The translations under genes were made by a program, and so were the position numbers. The notes under the pieces were generated by a model. The model saw nothing but the letters and a program-made list of their open reading frames with translations. It was not told where the DNA came from and ran no database searches. Below, piece after piece: positions 25,287 to 37,472 of a stretch of 64,000 nucleotides of DNA. Source of the stretch: Ascidiella aspersa (Eukaryota); the NCBI GenBank assembly GCA_963924565.1, contig OZ004609.1, forward strand, positions 25,792,001 through 25,856,000. The letters are read 5' to 3'. How positions within the stretch are numbered: the stretch's first letter is position 1; each line of letters begins with the position of its first letter.

Positions 25287-28200
25287 TCAGACGAAGCCCG
25301 CAGTGGTGACGGGATACGAGTGGTTGGTGTGCCAAGTGGAAGAGGCAGCAGTGGTAGAGGTGACGTTGCTAAAGGGCAGTGGGGTCGTGTGCTCGCCGGC
25401 GCCGCCGCTGCACACGCTGTCGTTGTTCTCGTGCGTTAGATCGGTGATGATGGTTTGTACCGACACGATGGTGCCCGCAATGAAGCCCACCAGGCCAAAG
25501 ATGCAGATGAAAACGTCCTTGGCCACCGACCACTTGGACATCTTCGCCGTTCTGCTGCTGCAACAACAAAGAAAATGGCCTAAAACAGAAGCGGTCGTTG
25601 TTGCATGGCAGGTCGACGCTCGTTTAAACTACGAGGGTTATTAAGGTCCGTCGATTTCGCAATGTAGGTTGCGCATAAAAAACGTTTGTGTAGTGCGATT
25701 CTCAACAATGGTGTTTTCTAGTTTGCGGCACACACGGGGCTGCCCCTTATGAAAAAAAAGTGTCGTGCGATTTTTGTTCGCGGCTTGCACAACGTGCACG
25801 TTTTATGTAAAACAGCCTGAAAAACAATTAACAGCCGTTTGTTTTCAAAGCTTCGTTCTGGCGATCGTTCGAAGGACACTAATGCGAGAGAATCGAAGAC
25901 AATGGAATCCCCCTTGAATCGAGCTACCTTAACAAGATTCCAAGTATAATAAATGATGGATTAATCAATTATTCTGTCGTATTAAGTAATTAGATATTTT
26001 ACTACAATTTATGCAGATTTACAATCGTTTAGTGGCGGGTAATATAAACTTTTTTTATGCCTAATATCCAACCCCCAGTGGGCAATAAATTACTTGACGA
26101 TAAAGCAACAATTCAAGGATAAATGGTTGCAGAAAATATCAGATTTCGGGTAGAAAACTTTAACACGTGTTACAGACAGGGGTCGGTTCCGGGCGGGTTT
26201 TAATCCTGATTTCTACACACCATAAACAGCGCAAGCACCCTGACAGATAAACCTGTTGTGAGGACGTTCGCGGACCGACCCATACTTACTTATTGCTCAC
26301 GGCTCCGTTGATCAGTGGGTCAGTGTAGGGGGCGGAGTCGGGTGCGTAGAAGGTTAGGATGTGGATTATCGGCGGAAATATAAGCGCCAGAAAGGAAGAA
26401 GAGAAGGCGCCTATCAGCGAGATGTAGTCACCCAGGTCCGGGATGGCAATCGCCAGGAGACCTGCGCGCGCGTCAAAATTCGTCACAATTGCGTTTATAT
26501 TCTAATTCTTGTTATAAACATATTTTGGTTAGTATAGTGGTTGTTATCACCAGTTAATAGCCAGGCACAAACATAACCGGGTGTTTTGCTCACATATTAA
26601 AATTGAAATTTGGCCATTAATTATATCAATGTGAGTCGTGCTTAGGATTAAGCAACGCTGTGGTGTTTGTGTCTGGGTATTTGTTCTACAATTAGCCACA
26701 ATCTACAACCAAAATTAGGAAAAAAACGCAGGTTTCTACACCAAGTAATATTAGTTTTTGTAATCTACGATATATGAAACATTAGGGCTTTCCCGTCACC
26801 AAACGCTAAAAATGACATGCCAACATGCAGCTATACAAACACACACAAAAAAAACAGAAAATTTTCATGCTTTAAGCTAGCTCTTTTAGTTTAAATATTC
26901 GATCATGTTTCCGTATATCAATTATGTAAACCAAACCAATACTTGACATGAATAAAGCAAATGCATTTTGGTATTTCCTATGTCAGTATGGAGTTAAATA
27001 AAATGTTTTAAGTTAGCAAAGGGTTAAAATTAGGAATAATTTCTCGTGATTCGTATCTTTAAAACTGCATTTTTATGTATTTTTAATTTACTAGAAACTG
27101 GTAAATCGTGCCCAAATTCCTAGTTTTGTATTGCGCCAGGTCCGTTCGCTTGTGCGAACGAGCAGCAACTCACAGGCCACAATTGAAAGCATGACTCGAA
27201 AAAGGGCGTCCATCAGTTTCGGGCGACCGAAGCTTTCGAACCAGGGCTGGAGCAGATGCAAGGGCACGTAGAACTGGATCAGCCAGCCGATAAAAATGCT
27301 CGCAGAGTAGAGGACTTTGGTCGACTGAGCGAGTCTTAGAAAAAGTACGGCATTGGTTATGGGCAGATTAGACGCATGGACACCTGTCCTGCGGGCATTT
27401 CGCTGTTAGACATTTCGCAAGCCTATTAGCTAATGTGGCAAGGATCTTTGTGGTGGTGATAAAGGTGCTAGGCATAAAATTATGCTATACGAGTGAGTCG
27501 ATCGGCCTTTGTAATGGTTGACCCGCTGCTTTCAGGGTGGGTAGCAGAGGTATTTTAGCGCAATAGTCTGAAACTCACAAAATTTACCATTCAAGCAGCG
27601 CGTTTCGCGTGCTACCGGTCATGCATCGACAGAGCAAACACAAAACAAACCACGATTAAACTATAATTGCGAGGTTAGGCGAACCGCTACCGTTAGTGAA
27701 AAGAAAGAGAAATAAGTGTCGGTGCAACCAACGCTACCAAACAAACACCAGCGTGCGATGTGCTCGGGGGAGCCAAAACGCGTGTCTTACAAGTAAGGAT
27801 TACGAGGAACAGACGCATGACGATTTGCCAGCAGAGCTCGTTGCTCGGCATGAAACGTCGCTTCAGCTTGGTCCAGAGAATTTGCGCGGGCACGTAAAAC
27901 TGAATTAGGTAGGTGGAGCCGATAACCAGCGTTAAGAGCACCTTCACCGACTGGTAAAGCCTGGGTGGAAGAATTTAACGGTCAGGGTTGGCGCTCGTAA
28001 AAAGGGCCAAGCGTACGCTCGAGCAAACAATAGCTTTAAAACCTCGACGGGCTCCGGATAACCTTGATGTAAAACTTGTTTACATCAAAAAAGTAAACTG
28101 GCTTTAGGCCGTTGTTTGACAACCATATAAAACCAGTCTCACATATGAATAATTATTTCCTGTAGACGACCTCTTTAATTTTAATAAACAAAATAGAACT

Positions 28201-31200
28201 GCTTTTAATATAGTGTCATTAGTCATTAGGTCTAACCAATAAGACTTTAAAAATCAAACAATTTAATATAGCCTTGCTTATATATTGGTAAAATGCAAAT
28301 GATATAAAAAATATGATGTTGTACACAGTAAACAACAGCCAATGTGTTTGCTTAATTACATTTTGCCCTGTTGAAATTACATTTTTGCCCTGTTGAACTT
28401 AAATAGGTTATCGAAACGTTGGTACATGTACATGTATTAGTAAAAAAACATTTGCCCAAAAAAACACATGTTGGAAAAGACAACAGAAATGTTTCAACTT
28501 ACGGATCTGCCACTGGAAGATTCAAGGTAATGCTTCCACAAATTTTATCACCAAACTTTAGGTACCCAACCAAACCCAGACCAATGTAGAGGAAAGAGAC
28601 CATGCTCATTCCGGAGTATAAAATGGCAGGAAAGTGACTTGGGTTTTTCATTTCATTTTCAATTGGCAAAATCTAAAATACAGTAATTGGAAATATAATT
28701 TCAGAAATGTCACTTTTAGGATCATAAAAGATAAGTTAAGCCTGTTAAATAGCATTAATGTAAATAATTGTTTTTTTAACTTACCACACCAATGCCTTCA
28801 AAAGCATATATAGCTGTACCAAAGAACATTGGAATGTTTGTTACATTGCCAACTAAAGGTCTAGAATCAATTGGTGGAAGATTCTAAAACGAAGGTATAA
28901 AGTTTTTTTTTTTTTTTTCTATAAGCTAGACAAAAACAGTATGGGGTAAATTATTTAAAGTAAGTTTAAATCACAAATCAAGCATTCATGAACCCTTCTT
29001 TCTGTTCTACTGAGGTTAATTAGCAGAAAGACGTTTTAAATGTTTTATAGTAACATTAGAAAAAGTTTAGTTGTTCTTTGCCTTTCTTGCGTTTCATAAT
29101 TTAGAAATAATACAATAACCAAGTAAAATCAGTTTAAAGTTATCACTAAACGCCATACATTGTTATGCTGAATTTTTTTGGGAAAAGGTGCAATTTTCTG
29201 CACAAAGGTATGGTAAAACAGTGTTTCTCAACGCTTTTACTCAGCGACACAAAAACTAAAGCTTAAACCTAACGGTGAAGCTTTGGGGACACACCGGCTG
29301 GACATTATATGTGAACTTAAATAAGATACAGAAAGCACTTACTGGCAATACATAGTATAAAATGATGGCAAGGGACACAACCGTTGCTGCATTGGCAAAA
29401 ATGGAGAACCAAGCAAGAATCTTTAGGTGCTTTATAAAGGAGAGCAAAACAATAGGAACAAATATCATGGCCATGAACCACCTGTCACTGGGGGCAGATG
29501 CATAATACTGGATGACAACCTGCATAGAAACCAATAAAAATTTGCTTATACCTAATTATTATAAAATAGAGATTTTACCCATTGGTTTTATGACAAGCTA
29601 ACCAAACTAAGATATATTTCAGGGATGCAAAATCTAAATACTTTTAACCTGTCTAATATTTTGAGCCATGAAGACGAAGTAAACACAGCAGAAACCCAGT
29701 TGAGTGATCATTAGAAACACATTGACCGCTGTGCCTGCCGCATTCGCATACTTCTGTATGCCAGGAATTGGGCCATGTTGCACAGCGGTCTTCATCACAG
29801 TTGAATAATCCATTGACATTATACCTTCTCGTCTGTTCAATATATGAAAAAAAATAACAATTGATTTAATGTGAAGTGTATTTATGTAGGTTAGGGTGGT
29901 CCAAGACTTCAAGCACTTACGGACAGAAAATCAGTCACATGTTTTTGCATGCCACACAAAATGAATAAATCAACTGGTGTCCTAATATTTGTTTATTATA
30001 TGTTAAATTGGTTAAGCTTTCTTTGTTTTTATTGTTTAACTTTTTTCATGTTCTGGTTGTAGTTTAAAACTGCATGATCTAAATAGTACGCAAATAGAAA
30101 AGTTTAAACCTCACTGAATTACACAGTGTTCTGTACACCACAGAATATAATAGACCAGGGTAGGAACAACCCTGCTTTAGGCTATAAACAACATTTTAAA
30201 ATCTTATTTTATTTTAAAATTTAGGTTTTCATTCCATGAAACAAAAACTAACAGCGCTGGCAGACCATAGTGGCACATTGCGACAGCATAAAATAACAGC
30301 CTTACTTGCTAAAGTGCTTTGAACATATGACCAGTAATCGCATGCAGTGAACACAGATAATTGCCATTAATAGCAGAAGTATGGGACCAAGTAATATTCC
30401 AGCATGCTTAATTGCCCAAGGAAGACCAAGTAACCCTGTTCCAATGTTGCCTTTTAAAAGATGCATCATAGTAGCCACATCACTGTTATAAAAAATAAAT
30501 TACACTTGACAAAACCTTAGCATAGAAATAAAATTTTGATTAAAATACTTTTTGATTAAATAAATATTAACGGAAAAATGTACATATGGCCTACAAAAAA
30601 TATTTTGTACAGCAGTTTCAAAACAAACCATAAAATAAAAACGTTTATGTAACAACCATTTTAACATATTAAATTGCTGCTGCTTGAAAATGAATGTCAA
30701 AGCCAAATATATAAAGTAAATGGAAACCATCTTAATAAAGACATTAGACATCTATTTAACCTATTTAGTTTTGACCAGTATTTTCAAGCTACATTACAGA
30801 TCTGTATATGGTGCAAATATGATTTATGATTTTGTTTTTATTTGTTGAACACCAAAATGATTACCACTTTTTGACTATAAAATGCATTCACGGAAAAATC
30901 ATAACAAAGGCTGACCAGCAACAAAAAATTAACTTACGAAGTTGCATGAGGGTTGTACATCCTCTGGCTGTGCAGCTCAACATCTGGTGGGTCATCGCTG
31001 CAATAGTCATATTTTTCAACATTCCTAAACAGGAAATTGGGAAAAAATGCTCTTGTAATGGATCACAAATTGTATTTTTTTAGACGCGTGGGAACTGCTA
31101 TCGGATTATTTTTATAATTGCAATACATATCCTATTTTTGCTTTTAAGACTTAAGATTTCTATATTGAATAAATCACTTAATTATTGAGTAAATCACCAA

Positions 31201-31418
31201 AACAGCAAACTAGATAGTTAGAGTATTTAATTCAAAATAAAAATAGATTTTCACAAAATCTTGTGGCAACACAGCTAGCATAAGCATCACATCTGGATTT
31301 TTTAAGTAAATAGTGAGCATCAGTTTGGAAGGCACAAAAAATAATTCATTACAACTTACGCATTTGCATTTTGCTCGTCGTCTGAGCCAAGAAGCGGTTT
31401 TCTTTGTTCCTTGCTCAT
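25287..31418 (-). CDS. Proton-coupled amino acid transporter (SLC36/PAT family), about 518-521 aa, with two alternative versions of coding exon 8
   Basis: Exons 31418-31360, 31024-30938, 30482-30306, 29832-29649, 29519-29343, 28883-28785, 28672-28503, [27960-27791 OR 27334-27174], 26461-26290 and 25557-25287. SLC36 motifs: [94 protein letters not shown]. Orthology to a specific vertebrate paralogue cannot be assigned. Confidence 0.93.
27174..27334 (-). other. Alternative (mutually exclusive) exon 8B of the SLC36 gene
   Basis: TTTTCTAAG| acceptor and |GTGAGT donor. Open frame [53 protein letters not shown] is homologous to exon 8A and has the same entry and exit phases. Confidence 0.88.
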
Positions 31419-34400
31419 TGTGGGAAAAGTGTTGTAAGAATTACTTCTTGAGTTTATTTTCTGTAAAACACGACACTATAAATTGCTGATTTACACTTAA
31501 CAAACTTCTACTAAACTCAAAAGCTTATTTTAGCTTATAATAATTTTACGAACTGATCGGTTTACACAACATGAGCATGCATCCGATCAGACGCCACTAA
31601 TATAAACAAACTACTGGTAGTTTTCAAACCTTTGACTCCATAACACGATTTTTGCAACTCCTTTCGTTAAACTTTTAACAGATATTGGCTACGATTGAAA
31701 CTAACGATATCGCGGGATAGACAGAACATATACAAGTGTCAAAGAACAAAGAATAGCAGCGAGCGTACACGCCGATAGCCGTAGCAGTACTTTTCCGTTG
31801 TGACGGCCGCGCAATCAGCTGTTAGCGCACAGAGAAAAAATACGACGTCATAATAGAGCAAACAAAGGGCGTGCGACGGGTAAAACGTTCGTGGTTCTGG
31901 GTTGCGGGGATGTACTTCCAAGCACTTGTGGCGCGTTTTGAGAAAAGCTGCCGGCTCACGGAATAAAGTTTAAATAAGGTTCTGCGAAAAGCCTTTGCCT
32001 AAATCGGTTTTGAAACAGGATAAGATACCAACCACAAATTCGTTTATTACTTTATTTTATATAATTGAGGACGGATAAAAAAATAAGACGCGGCCTGGCT
32101 ACCAGGATATGATTTAAAAAGCATTGTAAAGCCACCGTTAAAATTCAGTTTGCTTTTTCCAAACGCAAAAGTCACAGGGCGGCCAACAACAAAAATCACG
32201 GGACCGGCTATGTTTTGTTTGCCTTGCGTGCAAATGCACACTGTGGACTTTGAGTTTGTGGCAAAAATACCAGCAACGGGGTTTGAGCAAATATGGACCA
32301 ATAAGCGCTACAAGCGAAAGGTAAGTGCTGCGTGGGCGTCTTGGGGAAATCTGCTAAGTTAACGACTGGCGGTTCGCATCCTTTAGTCTCACCCGTCTAC
32401 ACGAAAATGTTAGTTGCCTTTCCATCAGGAAACGTGTTTCGCTTCTGCCAGAAAAGCATTACGTCATTACAAACGACATGGAAGATCGGGCGGCGATCAA
32501 CACAAGCTCGAACATTATGGGAATAGAGCATTTCAAAGCTTTTGACTATTGATGCGATAAGGCTATAGCGCTCCCACAATTGTTTTGCATGTTAAAATGT
32601 TAACGTTTATAAGTATTTTTTGCAACTAAGTTTTAATGCTTCACGCCCACGCCTGTCTCAAACGAATGACTTCCGCCATGGATATCGTATAGTTTTAGCA
32701 GGCGGCCAGTTTAAAAACAGATGCCACCGAACTCAAAATACTTCAAAAGTATGCATTATATTTCAATGCGGTTAAAAACGTTCGTTACAAGACAAAGCAA
32801 GCCGTTGACTAGTTAAAATTGAGAAGATTTAGATTTATCCCTGTACGATAGTCAAACTGCAAACATATACATTTAAGGCTCAAAGTTGTTGTTAACAGAA
32901 AGTTGTTTTCTTTCGCGGATTGGTATTGGGGCCGTTGTCAATTATTTGCGCTGCCTAATGTTTATTAAATACGTGTTAAAACCACGTCGTGAAATTTCCA
33001 CGTTATCTCGAAATCTTATATTTTGCATTCATAGACGGAGTCAACGGACAATGAGTGAAATAAAGCGCAAAAATAAGTGCACATTGTCAGATTTTAAAAT
33101 GACGTGTAAGTTTGGGTTTATTAACAATTATAGGAAACGACTTTGCAGAAATTAAAATACGAACGCTCGCTGTTCATACTTTAGTCAAAACAAACAAACA
33201 CAAATCGTTTTTACCAACGTAAAATAATAATAATTCGACATAGCATTCTCTTATCTGGGCGACATAGTTAGCCGCTAACTTCCTTAACTTCCAATTAAAG
33301 ACGACAGACCTCTGTCCATCTATTTTATTACCCTTTTAAGATCTTTTACCCGGAAACTTCGTGCAACGTTTTGTATTGCCAAGGGTACGGTAATCCCAAT
33401 ATTTGCGTTTATTTCGTTATAAAACAACTGACACCATAATGATCAAACAAAATGTAACATCGGGAACATCGTAAAAATGGTCATAAAAGGGTTGTGAGTA
33501 AACCCTAACAGAAGCAAGATACAGTCATTCCACTTTAATAGGAGAAGAAGGATTTTGTGTTCAATTTTAATTTTGTTGCTTTAAGTGTTTTCAGTCGTAT
33601 CGACCAAAGAAGTGTTTGTAGATACAACAGAACAAGAATTGCAAGAAAAAATTAAATGGTGTAAAGTTTGTTGTAAGTGACGTTACATAACTTGATAAAG
33701 GTTATATTGAAATCCGATAAACAAACTACATTGCCTTCCATGTGATGCAAAACAATAAAATATTTTAAAAACTGTTCAACAGAGGTATTTGATCAAAGAT
33801 TTCCAGTGTCAAACAAACACAATTTGTTTTAAAACTAAATAAAATCTTTGCAACATGTTATATGAGTGTGGACATTTATCTCTTGCCTTATTACACTTAT
33901 TACAAATGTTAGGTTACAAAGAACCACTGCCATTGTAAATCGTGTTTAATTAGTAACTAAATAAAAATTCAAAAAAAAATGGCTTCATAGTTTGTTTTTT
34001 GCGTTAAATGTTTTATTTTTGTTTTATTTTAGTATAAAAGGGTTAAATAAAAGATGTTACACTCAAAAAATGTAAAACACATATGTATATATTTATATGC
34101 CAGACACAGAAATACAGGAAATTAATATCTATGTGAAGCAAGAGTTGGAAGAAAATAAAATGTGTGTCTGTAAATCATTGCTGCTGTTTTTTATTGTATA
34201 TATATATGCTTTCATCTTAAACAGATTATATAATGCAAGACTTGTTTGTAACTGTTTTGGAAGTTAAAAAGATTTCAAAGTTGTGCGAATGTATTGGTGA
34301 TTTGAGTTATACCATTTCAGAGTTATTCAACTCTTATATGCATAGCAAAGCAAACATGATCCAAGCATATTAGCTATTTATAAATGTTCAATAATATTTG

Positions 34401-36071
34401 CTTGTCAAACATTGCAATGCTTAAAATCTTGACAATAAAATATAAAATGCAGTGCCGTAAGGGCTCAGACTATTATTGTTATATGAATGGAAAATTTAGA
34501 TAATGTAAATCTAGAAATATATTTGATTTGCTAGTAGTAATGACAATGTTAATAAACAAGCTAAACATCAATAATAGCATAAGCTTTTCTGATTGGTTGA
34601 ATTTTGTTTCAACTTCTGTTTAAAGTTTCACAAACTTGAGCTTTGTGTAAAATACATTATAAACTATAAATAAATGTTTATTAAAGTGTGTTACCAGACA
34701 ACTTTTTTGCATTACAAAAACCTCACCTGAAATTTCACTTCCAAAATACAAACTTCTCACTCCTAAACTACAAACTTTTTACTTCCAAACTACAAACATT
34801 TTATTTTATTTAAAATCTGTTAATGTTAAAGAACATTTTGCAGTGCTTATGAAGCAGTACTTACCTAGTTCTTGGCGGATATCCTACAATTATCAATCAA
34901 ACATTTTAATAATCTATTTTAGAGTTTAAAACCCTGTAAGAATGATGTGTAGGCAATACATCAAAAAAACACACAACTTAGTTAACATGATTAAAAGTGC
35001 CGTACTCACTAAGACACAATTGTTTTAAACTAAACACGTCAAACATGACGTGCCACCACGACCGAATGAAGTTCGTTTTACCCCAAGGCTAAATTGTATA
35101 TATTGCTCGTCTGCTAGACCGATTTTGTTCCTAAACGTTAATTATAAAATCTTAGTAACTGCAACGTCAGTTTTGAAACCGATACTGTAGTTTCTTAATT
35201 TGCTTGTTTGTTATAAAGATTTGTTTTTGTATTTAATAAGGTGTATTTCCTTTTTAATAAAAAGGTAATTAATATTCATCAAACTTGCATTTAATTCGTA
35301 TAATAAGATAAATACAGAGACAGTCGTCTGTCAATCAACATTAAATCTTATTTAAGTTGAGTTCTGTGTAACTCCCATGTAAGTTACGATACATGTAAGA
35401 CGTCACAACAACCCTAAGTGGCACCAGGCCGTGACGAATGTTAAATCACGTGATTAAAGCTTGGTTGCTCCTAAACATATCTCAAAGTATTTGTAATGGA
35501 AAAGCAATAAAATACCTACGGTACCTTATAACGACTAATTACAATTTTTTGATGACCTTACTTTTGTCTTTGTTTTAATTTTGTTCTCAAATAACCAGTT
35601 CTTATTAAAGGTTTGTTTTAGTTTCGTTTACGGTGTTTGTAACGCAAAACATTACTTGGAATAGCGTAACACAAGCTTATCGAACCTGAAGAATATGATG
35701 ACTCATCGGCAATTGACCAAAATTGTTTTATCAATGCTAGACTTTGAGATAACTTATTATATTTAAACTATAAACAGTGTAACTGACAACTTTAGTTCAG
35801 GAAATGACTTTTAAACCGTACTAGGAAATGAACAAATTTATTGGAAGTCTAAGTCGATATACATATTTGATTAAGCAAAAAATAACCCAACATAAATAAA
35901 TTGTTTATAAAAGGAAACAATAGCCATTTTTGTTAAACTCCATTAAGTTCTAAGTGATTAAAATAGTTCAATACATTAAAAAAATATCATTTTTCTTCTT
36001 TTTCTACCTTATATCCAGATAAAATCAATATATGTTTTGTATGCCAAATAGAACTTCAACTTTACATTATT

Positions 36072-37472
36072 ATGGAGCGAATGCAATCCATGTTTAGCAA
36101 TGCATACAACACACCAGCCGGGCATCTGGTCGAAAAGGCCACAGCGGGTCATTTAGCTACTGAAGATTGGGCACTGAACATGGAATTATGTGATGCAATA
36201 AATAGTTATGGAGATGGTGCAAGAGATGCTGTCAAAGCAATTAAACGAAGGTTGTCTGGAAACAAGAACTTTAATCAAATAGCTCTCACCCTTTCAGTGA
36301 TTGAAAGTTGTATAAAGAACTGTGGAAGCAAGTTTCGGATATTGGTTACATCCCGTGAGTTTAGCAAGGACACACTCTTAAAAGTAATCCAGCCCAAAAA
36401 CAACCCACCCATAGTTTTGCAAGAAAAGGTGCTTGGTATGATCAAGCAGTTGGCAGATACGTTCGGTTCTAACCCCCAAATGTCTGGAGTAGCGCATGTT
36501 TATCAAGAGCTGAAAAGCGAAGGCGTGGAATTTCCTAAAACCCAAGCCCTGGGCAGCAGCATGACAGAAGCCCCTTCACACTCCTCCAGGTCACGAACAC
36601 ATCCACAACAACAACCACAGCAACAACACAATGCAGCCTATATTACAGCACCAACACAAAGTCAGATATCCAAGTTGAAAAAGGACATCAGTGTGGTGGT
36701 TGGCAACATAAAGGTGTTTTCAGAAATGCTCACCGAGCTGAATCCTTCAAACTGCGATGCACCTGATGTTCAACTAATGCAGGATCTTAACCGCACTTGC
36801 CGAGCCATGCAAAAGCGGGTGGTTGAGCTGCTTGAACAGGTCGGAAATGAGGAAATCACCATTGAACTCCTGAAAATAAACGACGATCTCAACAATGTAT
36901 TTTTAAGATATGATCGTTTTGAACGCTTTCGTGCCAACAAGAAATCAGCCCAGCCAGAAACTCAGCATGCAATGCCTGCAGCAGCTGCTGCTTATCCCTC
37001 AGCTGGCCCATCTTCATATCGCCCAGAACTAGCGGCAAACACTGCAAGCCTGCCTGTTCCAGTGGAAGAACCTCCACCTAGTTACTCTGACACAGAGCAG
37101 CCCACTCCAGAAGTTTCAGACCTAATCGATCTCAGTGCCGATAACAGCCAGCCTAAAATGCCAGCTGCACAAGGCATGGCATTACCTCAGGAACTTGCAG
37201 GTTTGAGCCTGAACCCCTCGTACCAACCAAGTTCAAGTAACGGTGTAAATTCTGATCTTACCCTGTCCAACCAGCTGGATGCTTATGCACCAGAGCCTGA
37301 AGTTTTACAACTAGGCTCTTCAGTTGATGAAATTGAGCAATGGCTGTCAGCAAATGGTTCCCAACTGGGGGTTGAGGCAACACAGCCACCTTCTGGGGAA
37401 ACCACTGATGAGTTTAATGCATTTCTAGGTGAGAGGGTGTCCCAATCAAGTCATGGCCACACAGCAACATAA
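36072..37472 (+). CDS. TOM1: TOM1-family ESCRT-0-like adaptor (VHS + GAT), 466 aa, intronless CDS
   Basis: VHS domain (VEKATAGHLATEDWALNMELCDAIN...CIKNCG) and GAT domain (LNRTCRAMQKRVVELL...LLKINDDLNNVFLRYDRF). Tail carries a clathrin box DLIDL, the myosin VI-binding motif IEQWL and TDEFNAFLGER. A splice acceptor lies just upstream (AG at 36017-18). TOM1 versus TOM1L2 cannot be resolved. Confidence 0.93.
   Translation: MERMQSMFSNAYNTPAGHLVEKATAGHLATEDWALNMELCDAINSYGDGARDAVKAIKRRLSGNKNFNQIALTLSVIESCIKNCGSKFRILVTSREFSKDTLLKVIQPKNNPPIVLQEKVLGMIKQLADTFGSNPQMSGVAHVYQELKSEGVEFPKTQALGSSMTEAPSHSSRSRTHPQQQPQQQHNAAYITAPTQSQISKLKKDISVVVGNIKVFSEMLTELNPSNCDAPDVQLMQDLNRTCRAMQKRVVELLEQVGNEEITIELLKINDDLNNVFLRYDRFERFRANKKSAQPETQHAMPAAAAAYPSAGPSSYRPELAANTASLPVPVEEPPPSYSDTEQPTPEVSDLIDLSADNSQPKMPAAQGMALPQELAGLSLNPSYQPSSSNGVNSDLTLSNQLDAYAPEPEVLQLGSSVDEIEQWLSANGSQLGVEATQPPSGETTDEFNAFLGERVSQSSHGHTAT

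Noticed and set aside
25111-25644. 177-aa + strand ORF
   Set aside because: Antisense shadow of the GC-rich last SLC36 exon.
33595-33680. Micro-ORF ending WCKVCCK*
   Set aside because: No upstream exon supplies a start codon in the required phase; better explained as a non-coding 5' UTR exon of TOM1.
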